Part shown: piece by piece, positions 20,749 to 30,100 of the stretch
Layout of the letters: each line of letters begins with the position of its first letter
How positions within the stretch are numbered: the stretch's first letter is position 1
Assembly (NCBI GenBank): GCA_019058445.1
Contig: JAHPZA010000010.1
Location: forward strand, 352,001 to 416,000
From: Promethearchaeota archaeon
GTDB lineage: Archaea > Asgardarchaeota > Lokiarchaeia > Sigyniarchaeales > SOKP01
Direction of reading: 5' to 3'
Length of the DNA: 64,000 bases
The notes under the pieces: generated by a model
What the model saw: the letters and a program-made list of their open reading frames with translations, nothing else
What the model was told of the DNA's origin: nothing
Databases searched by the model: none
Translations under genes and position numbers: made by a program

Positions 20749-21621
20749 TTATATAATATTTTTTAAATATATATCAGGAACAGCTACTTCTCCTATTTTT
20801 ATATTTTTCTTACCACCATGATAATCTGAACCGCCAGACTTAATTAAGTTATACCTTTCTGTTAAACTCGCATAATAAGTAGGAAAAAATGTTTGTGCCC
20901 ATTCTTTTTTATCTGAATTTTCCCAGGGTCTATTTTTTGCGTAAGGATACTCGATTTCAATTCCTCTTATACCGGCTGTTTTACAAAACTCAATAAATTT
21001 CGCTCTATCTGAAACATCATAAATTCCGGGATGCGCCAGTATTGGAATTCCTCCACTAGCTTCTATTAATTCAATAGATTCTTCTAAATTCAATTCAAAT
21101 TCTCTATCCACATACGCAATTCCTCCCAAACTAATCATTTTAAATAACTCATTCTTTGTTTTTCCTTTAACTTTAGTTGGGTTATTTTTTTCCATGATTT
21201 CAACAATATGGGGGCGACCAACTGTTTTTCCTTTTGCTACTGCCTTAACTTCTTCATAATTAATGATATATCCTAGCTCATCTCTCAGTCTTTTACAAAT
21301 ATCTTTTTTTTGGTTCAATCTCCCCTCTAATTGTCGATTGAGGATCTTAATTAATTCTGTGGATGTATAATCTATATTTAATCCCACAATATGAACATCC
21401 TCTAATTCTCTTTCTGGTTCATGCCTTATTGAGATTTCAATTCCTGGAATCGCAATTATTTCCCTTTCTTCTCCATAATTTAAAAACTCCTTAATACCAT
21501 CAATCGAATCATGATCCGTAAGCGCTATCGCTTTTAGATTTAGTTTAGAAGCTTTATCTATCAATTCAGAGGGAGTATCTAACCCATCAGAGCAAGTCGA
21601 ATGGAGATGCAAGTCTATCAT
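20749..21621 (-). CDS. PHP-domain phosphoesterase (TrpH/YciV-like)
   Basis: IDLHLHSTCSDG, ALTDHD, PGIEIS, GRPHI, LAHP, GGSDYHG. Start moved to the MIDLH ATG at 21621. Confidence 0.92.
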   Translation of the reverse strand: MIDLHLHSTCSDGLDTPSELIDKASKLNLKAIALTDHDSIDGIKEFLNYGEEREIIAIPGIEISIRHEPERELEDVHIVGLNIDYTSTELIKILNRQLEGRLNQKKDICKRLRDELGYIINYEEVKAVAKGKTVGRPHIVEIMEKNNPTKVKGKTKNELFKMISLGGIAYVDREFELNLEESIELIEASGGIPILAHPGIYDVSDRAKFIEFCKTAGIRGIEIEYPYAKNRPWENSDKKEWAQTFFPTYYASLTERYNLIKSGGSDYHGGKKNIKIGEVAVPDIYLKNII

Positions 21622-21743
21622 TAAGACATGAAATTCATGAAATAATAAGACTTTTACTATAAGCGATTCCAAAAAGTTTTTAGTTCATCGAGCCTTTTAG
21701 ATCTAAAAAAGATGATAAAAAATTAAGTTCTAAGGGGAATTAA

Positions 21744-23174
21744 TTGATTGTTGTAATGAAATTTGGAGGCAGTTGTTTAGTTGATGAGAAGGCGTTTAGT
21801 AAAATTCTTGATATCACTAATCTATATAAAAATGACCAAAAAATATATGTTGCTTCAGCATTTAATGGAATTACTGATTTATTATTGAATACAGCGAGTA
21901 ATTTAAAAGATTCCAAAAAGATTATTGACAATCTAGCCCTGATTGAAAAAAAACATTTTGATGTAATTGAACAGATATTTGATGAGAACTCCAGCCAACT
22001 TGAACGATCCAAAAATTGGGTTGAAAAACAATTAAGCGAATTAGAAGATGCGTTTGAAGATATGAAAGAATTTGGTCCTGAACCTTATTATATAGATTAC
22101 GTGTCAGGTTTTGGAGAAATAATATCAACCTATATATTGAGTGAATATTTGCGTAGTAACGGATTTGATTCAGTTTATATTCCGGCAAACAAGCTGATTA
22201 TCACAAATGACAATTACAATAATGCCTATCCATTGTATAAGTTAACAAACGCTCGTATGAAAAATAAAATTTTACCACTACTGGAAGGTTTTGATAAAAA
22301 CTTTATTTTTTGCATTACAGGTTTTATAGGAAGAAATAAAATGGGTTACACAACCACTCTTGGAAGGGGTGGTTCAGATTACACTGCAACTATAATTGCC
22401 CATTCACTATATGAAGTTGGTACAGTAAAGGATATTAAAGTTATCCTTTGGAAAGATGTTGATGGCTTACTCGCAATTAATCCTAAGTATGTTGCTGATG
22501 CTTCATTAATTAGAAGTTTAGATTATCGAGAAGCTAAAGAAATTGCAAACTTCGGTGTAAAAGTTCTTCATCCAAAATGTCTAGAAGCATTAGAACAAAA
22601 TCAAATCCCTCTCGAAATCAGAAATTTTGATAATCCCGTTGAAAATATAAACTTTACACGAATTTCAGATAAAACTGATAAAGAACAGATTAAAGGTATA
22701 TCTACTATAGAGGAAGCTACAATAATCAACGTAAGTTCTGGTAGTATGGTCGACGTTCCCGGAGTATTAGGCAAAATATTTAAAGTAATGGGAAAAAATA
22801 AGATAAGCGTGTCTTTAGTATCTCAAAGTGCTTCTGAAGTTAGCACATCTCTTGTCGTTAATCAAGAAGACGCCGATAAGGCAATTAATGCCCTCACTAA
22901 TTCAAAATACTTTAAAGAATTTTTCGAGATTGAATATGAAAAAGTTGCTATAATAAATATTACTGGACTTAAAATCTTAGAAAATAAAACCAAATCACAG
23001 ATTTTCAGTGCTTTAGATAAAAAAAATATTCATGTGAAAGCCCTTTCGCAAAGTTATGAAGAATTAAATCTCTCTCTAGTAATTGATAAAGAGAATTTAA
23101 TTGAAGCAATTAATTTGATCCATAATGAATTATGTGAAGACTTTGAATCAATTAAGTGTAAAGATAATAATTAA
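21744..23174 (+). CDS. lysC: Aspartate kinase with two ACT domains
   Basis: MKFGGS, TTLGRGGSDYTA, WKDVDG, VLHP, C-terminal ACT repeats. Confidence 0.95.
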   Translation: MIVVMKFGGSCLVDEKAFSKILDITNLYKNDQKIYVASAFNGITDLLLNTASNLKDSKKIIDNLALIEKKHFDVIEQIFDENSSQLERSKNWVEKQLSELEDAFEDMKEFGPEPYYIDYVSGFGEIISTYILSEYLRSNGFDSVYIPANKLIITNDNYNNAYPLYKLTNARMKNKILPLLEGFDKNFIFCITGFIGRNKMGYTTTLGRGGSDYTATIIAHSLYEVGTVKDIKVILWKDVDGLLAINPKYVADASLIRSLDYREAKEIANFGVKVLHPKCLEALEQNQIPLEIRNFDNPVENINFTRISDKTDKEQIKGISTIEEATIINVSSGSMVDVPGVLGKIFKVMGKNKISVSLVSQSASEVSTSLVVNQEDADKAINALTNSKYFKEFFEIEYEKVAIINITGLKILENKTKSQIFSALDKKNIHVKALSQSYEELNLSLVIDKENLIEAINLIHNELCEDFESIKCKDNN

Positions 23175-23275
23175 TTTCATCTATTTCTGTCTTTTTTTCA
23201 TAAAAAATAATCAAAATAGAATATTTATTAATTCTAAAGAAATTAATTAAGATAAAAAGAGTATTTTATTGAACT

Positions 23276-23800
23276 TTATGTTCTAGAGGCTATTATTCGA
23301 CGAGTAAGTTCTGTAAATGCTTCATCTACGTTTTCACCCGTTTTTGCTGAAGTCTCAATGTAAATACTACCCTCATTTTCAGCATAGGCCCGTGCCTCTG
23401 ATCGATCAATTACCTCCCCAACATCCTCAAGTAAATCAGCTTTGTTTCCAATTAATACAAAAGGAATATTTTCCCCGGCAAATTGTCTTATTTCAGTCAA
23501 CCATTTTCTAGTTTCTGTATAGGTTTGTTCTCTTGTAAGGTCAAAAACTAATAATGCTCCAGCAGCTCCTTTGTAAAAAGTACTTCTTATAAACTCAAAA
23601 CGTTGTTGTCCTCCTATGTCCCATATTGAGAGTGTAGCCATTTGTCCAGGAGTAAATTCCACATCCTTAGTGAGGATATCTACACCTACTGTAAGCTTGT
23701 AATTTGCTTGAAATCGATTTTTGATGAATCTCTGAACCAATGACGTCTTACCGACAGCAGCCGCTCCCGTTAAAAGAACTTTCAGTTTAAAACTACTCAT
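23276..23800 (-). CDS. Rab-like small GTPase
   Basis: GAAAVGKT, YKLTVGVD, IWDIGGQQRF, FYKGAAGALLVFDLT, GNKAD, ETSAKTG; no C-terminal prenylation cysteines. Confidence 0.93.
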   Translation of the reverse strand: MSSFKLKVLLTGAAAVGKTSLVQRFIKNRFQANYKLTVGVDILTKDVEFTPGQMATLSIWDIGGQQRFEFIRSTFYKGAAGALLVFDLTREQTYTETRKWLTEIRQFAGENIPFVLIGNKADLLEDVGEVIDRSEARAYAENEGSIYIETSAKTGENVDEAFTELTRRIIASRT

Positions 23801-24017
23801 CCAATTTCACTTTCGATTTTTAAAATTTTTAATTAGTTTAATAATTTAATAAATTTAATGCTATATAAAATATTATATAACCAATTTTATTTAAGAATTT
23901 ATTTATGAACGATATATTTATATACAAGGATTTCAATAGTATTTGAAATCCTATCAAAATAAATGGGATTGAAGAGAAAAGAGATCTAGACCTTAAAAAA
24001 GGTATTATTTCTTATTT

Positions 24018-25985
24018 TTATCTCTTGGGAATATTAGTATATTCTTTTAAGCTTGGAAAATATTCAAGGTTGAGATGGGGGAAGTACATTGCTTCGGCAT
24101 ACTCTCTCTGGAAAGTTTTATCTGTCGCAATTTCAACATATTTTATCCGATTTAGTAGATCCTGCGCAGTTTGTCTATAATCCTTATTAAGCAAGCAAAT
24201 TTGAGCTCCAGTTCCCGCAGCATTACCAATTTGAAAGATTTTTTCATTAGGGATATCAGGTATCATCCCGATAAATTTTGTATTTTCTTTATCAATGTAA
24301 TTTCCAAAAGCTCCAGCGAGAAATATTTGTTTTATGTCTAAATCCATACTATCATTAATGGATTTTAACTTCTTTAAGATTATTCTCATACCAGAATAGA
24401 AAGCTGCTTTTGCCATTTGCATTTGTCTTATATCATTTTGCGACAAGGAAATTTCTCTGCCGATAGAAGTTTCTTCTTTTTTAGCGATTACAAATTCTAA
24501 TTTATGATCTGTTCTTATGAGTCTTTCATTATCAATTGAATTTTTATTGAAATTACCGCTTCTCATAATTATTTTGGCTTTTAACATTTCAGCAATTGCA
24601 TCTACTAATCCAGAACCACAAATACCGATCGGTTTTTTATTTTTTATTGTTGCATAGGTTACATCTAATGTATCAGGTTCTATTTTAATTCTTTCAATGG
24701 CTCCTGCAGCAGCTCTCATTCCATCTTTAATATGTGCCCCTTCTAACGCAGAACCCGCAGCACAAGATCCCGTTGCCAATATATTTTGATTTCCGATAAC
24801 TAATTCTCCATTAGTCCCGATATCAATAGCTAAAGTTAATTCTTTTTCATCTTCAATTTTAGACGAGAGAATTACACCCATCGTATCGGCACCTACAAAA
24901 CCAGCGACCAATGGTGCGGAATACACATTTCCTCTATGACATATGTTTAAATCTAAGCCTTTAGCTTTATAATTTAATCCTTTTTGAACTAGGGGTACAT
25001 AAGGACTTAATCCAATATTAATTGGATTCAATCCTAAAAATATATGATGCATTACTGAGTTTCCTACAACCGTCGCTTCATAAATTTGGGAGGGTTGAAT
25101 TTTAGCTTTTTCACATGTCTTTACAATAATATCATTTAATCCTTCTAATACCGCAGCATTTAGTTTTTCAAGGCCATTCTCATGATTTCTAATATAAGTT
25201 ATTCGAGTAATTAGATCTTCCCCGTATGCAGTTTGTTGATTAAGTTTAGAAGCAAGAGAGTATATTTTACCGTTATTCAAATTCATTAAATATCCTACAA
25301 TAGTAGTTGTACCAATATCAAAAGCGATACCATAATTATGTTGAATAAGATCTCCTGTCTCAACATCAATAATTTCTTTTTCGTTCCAAATTGTAATTGT
25401 TATTTTATGATCACTTTCACGTAAAATCCTAGATAATTTGTTGAGCAGATTGATATCAATATATAAGGATTCATTACACATCTGAGTATTCTGATATGTT
25501 TTAATTGCATTTAATACTCTTTCAAAATCTGAAATCGGTTTTTCTAATGAAGGTTTCTCAACCTCTAAATAGATTTTTTTTACAGTTGGATTTAAGTTTA
25601 TTTCTTTTTGAGCTCCAGAGGTCAATATTTTAAAATCTTCTAATAAAAAATCTTCAGGTAAAAATATCCTAAATTGGGGCTTATCCTTTTTTTCTAATGA
25701 TTTTAAAAAAGTACTGTCAATTTTAGCTCTACATGCTAATCTCCATCCATTAGCAAGATCATTTTCGCTCAATAGCTTTTGTTCATCATTAGTTGGAGGA
25801 ATTAAATATTCGCTTCCTTTTTGAATTAAAATTTTGCATTTTCCACATGTTCCTGAGCCACCACATAGAGATTGAATAGGAACATTTATTTTTAATAAAA
25901 TTTCATAAAATGTTTTATCAAGATAATAAACCCTGCGTGAGATTGGTTCAAAGTCTATTAATATGTTCTTATTTTGGTTTTCCAT
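24018..25985 (-). CDS. ASKHA-domain reductive activator of corrinoid proteins (RACo) with N-terminal [2Fe-2S] domain
   Basis: CGGSGTCGKC...RLAC, AFDIGTTT, GFVGAD, DIGTNGE, CAAGSALEG, GICGSG, LAGAFG, GNAAG. Confidence 0.93.
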   Translation of the reverse strand: MENQNKNILIDFEPISRRVYYLDKTFYEILLKINVPIQSLCGGSGTCGKCKILIQKGSEYLIPPTNDEQKLLSENDLANGWRLACRAKIDSTFLKSLEKKDKPQFRIFLPEDFLLEDFKILTSGAQKEINLNPTVKKIYLEVEKPSLEKPISDFERVLNAIKTYQNTQMCNESLYIDINLLNKLSRILRESDHKITITIWNEKEIIDVETGDLIQHNYGIAFDIGTTTIVGYLMNLNNGKIYSLASKLNQQTAYGEDLITRITYIRNHENGLEKLNAAVLEGLNDIIVKTCEKAKIQPSQIYEATVVGNSVMHHIFLGLNPINIGLSPYVPLVQKGLNYKAKGLDLNICHRGNVYSAPLVAGFVGADTMGVILSSKIEDEKELTLAIDIGTNGELVIGNQNILATGSCAAGSALEGAHIKDGMRAAAGAIERIKIEPDTLDVTYATIKNKKPIGICGSGLVDAIAEMLKAKIIMRSGNFNKNSIDNERLIRTDHKLEFVIAKKEETSIGREISLSQNDIRQMQMAKAAFYSGMRIILKKLKSINDSMDLDIKQIFLAGAFGNYIDKENTKFIGMIPDIPNEKIFQIGNAAGTGAQICLLNKDYRQTAQDLLNRIKYVEIATDKTFQREYAEAMYFPHLNLEYFPSLKEYTNIPKR

Positions 25986-25997
25986 ATCAAACTCTCA

Positions 25998-26840
25998 CTA
26001 TAATTTTGCTAACTTCTTTACTTGTTCAATCATTTCAGTTTTTATATCCTCACGTTTTACATTTTCAAAGGAAACGTTATCTAAATTCTCCAATGTTGTC
26101 TCAATTATTCTTTTATAATCCTTTCCAGAATTATATTCTTCAATAAATCTCTCTTTAGCGTCCCTTAATGTTTTTTCAACCAAATCGTAGTTTTCATAAA
26201 TCACGCCTCTATATTTGTAATTAACTAAAACTGTAATGGCTGAATCATAAGCTCCGCCACGTGCTTTAGAATCTATAATTTGGAAGAGATACACAATTCC
26301 TAAAGAGTTTAGATCAATATAGGGCTGAAATGAAATCATTTCGCTACTTGCTCCAGAACTTTCGACAGAGAGAAGAAGTAAACTCTTCATAGAAATTTTA
26401 AATGCATCATTGTCATCAAAATCTTCTGGTAAATAGTAAATAGGAACTGGACCCTCATCCAATGCCATTGAAAATATTACTGAATTGATTTTTACTTTTT
26501 TAGTCCTTTTCTTTTTATCAAATTTATACATAATATCTGCTTTATAAGCTGCCGAGATCTCATTAAACTTATTTTTAAGAACGGTTCTTGGAACTTCTCC
26601 AACTAAGAATATAAAAAAATCAAAGGTTAGCCTAAAAATGATTAGATTTCTTACAATAATAACACTCCCGATTTCCATATCATTGATAACTGTCTTTAAA
26701 ATTCTTAAAATTTTAATTCTTCCAAAATTTTTATCGTCCAAACTTGTTTCAATTATCTTACCATTTGAGAGAATAAGTGCCCATTGAGAACAAATTGAAT
26801 TCAATATTTTCGAAATCTTTATAATCATGATATTATGCAA
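25998..26840 (-). CDS. Folliculin/SMCR8-like longin (uDENN) domain protein
   Basis: SVIFSMALDEGPVPIY and YLFQIIDSKARGGAYDSAITVLV resemble FLCN ...HFCELHGPR... and ...FFIKDSLARGFQR... as recalled; no HMM was run. Start may be ATG 26828. Confidence 0.6.
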   Translation of the reverse strand: MHNIMIIKISKILNSICSQWALILSNGKIIETSLDDKNFGRIKILRILKTVINDMEIGSVIIVRNLIIFRLTFDFFIFLVGEVPRTVLKNKFNEISAAYKADIMYKFDKKKRTKKVKINSVIFSMALDEGPVPIYYLPEDFDDNDAFKISMKSLLLLSVESSGASSEMISFQPYIDLNSLGIVYLFQIIDSKARGGAYDSAITVLVNYKYRGVIYENYDLVEKTLRDAKERFIEEYNSGKDYKRIIETTLENLDNVSFENVKREDIKTEMIEQVKKLAKL

Positions 26841-27140
26841 TTTATATGATAATAATCTAAATTTAATTAAAGCTTTAAATTACTTAGATTTTTTAGTTTT
26901 GATTAATCATTATACGTCTTTTTTTCACATGTTTGTCGCTAATTAATTATTAGAGATTAAGAGCCTTTTTTTTCTAGTAGCAAGAACTCGAACTCCTCAA
27001 AATTTTGAATCCAAAATTAAAAATAATAAAACTTTCCTATGTATTATAATAGAATGTATATTTACATTCACAAATATAATTGTTTTTTTCAACACTTCTG
27101 ATTAATAAAGTAAAAATTTCGTAAGAGGGTTGATTTTAAA

Positions 27141-30100
27141 ATGGAAAAACAAGAATTGGCTCAAAAGGCCTTAGAATTATTAAATCAAACAGATAAACTT
27201 GAAGAAGAGCGAAATTGGGCTAAAGCTATTGAAAAGTATAAACAAGCTGCTGAATATCTAAAGCAATCTGGATTTTTACCCCATCGAATAGAAGATATTT
27301 ATAAAAGAATTACCGAAATCAACGATTTTTTAGAACAAGAAAAAAGATATCAAATGCAAACTCAACAAGTCCACCTTGAACAAATACAAGAACAAGCATT
27401 TGCAATATTAGACGGAGCTAAAAAATTCGAAACAGATGGCCATTTTGAGGATGCAATTCAACAGTATATGTCTGCTATTAAATTATTGGTGGAATCAGGA
27501 TGGACTGAGAGTCAACTTGAAAATCTTAAAGAAAAAATTATAGGTTTAACACAAAAGATCGAACAACAAAAAGATACGACGTATCTTCAACAACAAATCC
27601 AGATACCAAAGGACTTTAAGCCAAAAGAGATTAGTACAGAAGTAGGAAATTCTGCAATAGATTTAAAATCTGAACAAGTAAAAGCATTTGAAACAAAAAG
27701 AAAGAGAGAAGAACAAATTCAAAATGAATCTTTCGAATTGATAGATAAAGCAAAAATATTCGAGAGCGAAAAGAGATATGATAATGCGATTAATTGTTAT
27801 CAGGAAGCTATAAGATTATTAAAATCGATTGGCTGGACTGATCAGACAAGAAATTTAGAAATTTTAATTGGAAAGTTAAGAAAAGATAAGGATATATATG
27901 AAAGAGTTGAGGCTCAGAGAAAAAATAAAATACATTTTGATAATATCGAAGTTCAACTCACTCCAGACCAGTCTGAAACTCAATCTGAGGTGGAATTAAG
28001 AAAACAAAAAATTATAGAATTTGAAAATAAGAAGAAAAAAGAGGAAGAAATTCAAACTAAAGCATTTAATTTAATTGATATTGGAAAAAGACTTGAAAGA
28101 GAAAAAAAATATGATGATGCTATTGAAAATTTCCAAAATGCCATAGACCTTCTTAAATCTATCTCATGGGACTCTTATATTCAACCGGTTGCTAATTTTA
28201 TAAATGAAATAAATGAAAAGAGAAAACGTGAATTAAAGACGGAGCAACTTAAGAAAAAAAGGCAAGAAGATTTAACCACACTTCAAGAAACAATATATAA
28301 AAAGCAAAAAGAAAAAATAGTGCAAACGTCTCAAGATTTTGAAATACGTAAAAAGGATTTTGAACAAGAAAAACTAAAGCAAGCTGAAAGAGAGGAACAA
28401 TTCTTCGTCCAGTTAGATAAAGCTGATAAAATCTTAAAAGAAGAAAAAAATTATGATAAGGCAGTTAATGAATATCAAAAAGCCTTAGAAATGCTAAAAA
28501 GTTTAGGAGCTGGATGGGAATCTTATACTCCTACAATTCAAGCTACAATATCTAATATAAATAAGAGAAAAGAATATCAATCAGAGAAAGAAATAGAGAT
28601 TCTGAAGAAAAAGGACGAGCAAATTAAAAAGGAATTAGAATTTCAGCAACAGGTTGATAAACTATTAAAGAAGGAGCGTAAAAACCTACAACAAAAAGAG
28701 ATCGAATTAAAAGGACGTGAAGAAGAACTAAGATACAGAGAAGAAGCTAAGAAAAAAGCTTTTCAATATCTGGAAACTGCCGAAACTTATATTAAACAAG
28801 GTGATTTAGACAAGGCAATCTATGCATATCAAAACGCGGGTAATACTTTTGCAGAGATTCAATGGACTGATGAGCTTCCACTAATTGAAAAATCAATCTC
28901 TGAGCTTGAAAATAGAAAAAGGGAAATGTTTTTATCAAAACAAGAAGAAATGCATAAATTAATCGAAAGAGAGAAACAGGAACGAGATTTTCAATCACAG
29001 TTAGCGAACCAATTACACCTCGAGCGTGAAAAGTTGAAAGAAAAAGACATAGCATTAAGAGAGCATGAAAGAGAGGTAGAATATCGAGGAACCAGAAAAA
29101 ATGAAGCATTTAAATTATTAGATGAGGCACAAAATTACCTTAAGGAGGGAGATTTTGATAATGCAAGTGAATTATATCATCAAATAGCAAATATATTTGC
29201 TGAAATTCAATGGGATAGTGAAATAGATCTGATTCAAAATGCAATAATCGAGATTGAAAATAAAAAAAGAGAGACTCAAATTCAAAAGCAAAAAGATTTT
29301 CAAAAAGTATTAGAAAAAGAGCGTGAAGAACGCATTTTTCAAGAAGATATGTCAAGGGCAATTCAAAATCAAATGGAAAATCTAAAAGAAAAAGAAATTA
29401 AGATAAGAGAACAAGAAGATGAATTAAAGCATCGCGAAATTAAAAAAGAAGAAGCATTCGAATTGTTAGATAAAGCTATTTCTTTACTTTCTCTCAGAAA
29501 ATTCGATGAAGCTCTTAATGTTTATTATAATGTTGCTAACATTTTCGCTCAAATCCAATGGGATGACGAAATTCCAATTATCCAAAACGCTATTGAGGAA
29601 ATAAAAGAAAAGAAGAAAGAGACAGACCTTTGGAAACAAATGACAATGAAAAAAGGTATAGAAAAAGAAACTACTTATCAGGCTTTTATTGAACAAATGA
29701 AAACTCAAAGAGAAATAGAAAAATCAAAATTATTGGAAAAAAGCGAAATGATTAAAAAACAAAAAGAATTAAGTGCTCAAAATTTAGCTAAACAAGAAAA
29801 TGCTTTTAAAATTATTGATGAAGCAGATGAATTTCTGAAACAAGAAAATTTTGATGAAGCTATATCGAAATTTAAAGCTGCAGAATCAATTTTAACCGAA
29901 ATAGGCTGGGAACCAAGCTATTTAAGAACATTACAAGATAATCTTAGAACGATACAAATTAGGAAATCCGAAAAAGAAAAAGAAATAAGAAGAGAAAAAG
30001 AAATTAGAGAAAAAAGGCAATTAGAAGAATTGCAATTTCAAACAAGAATTACTGAAGGCATTCAAAAACAAAAGGAAAGAATGGAAGCAAAAAAAATAGA

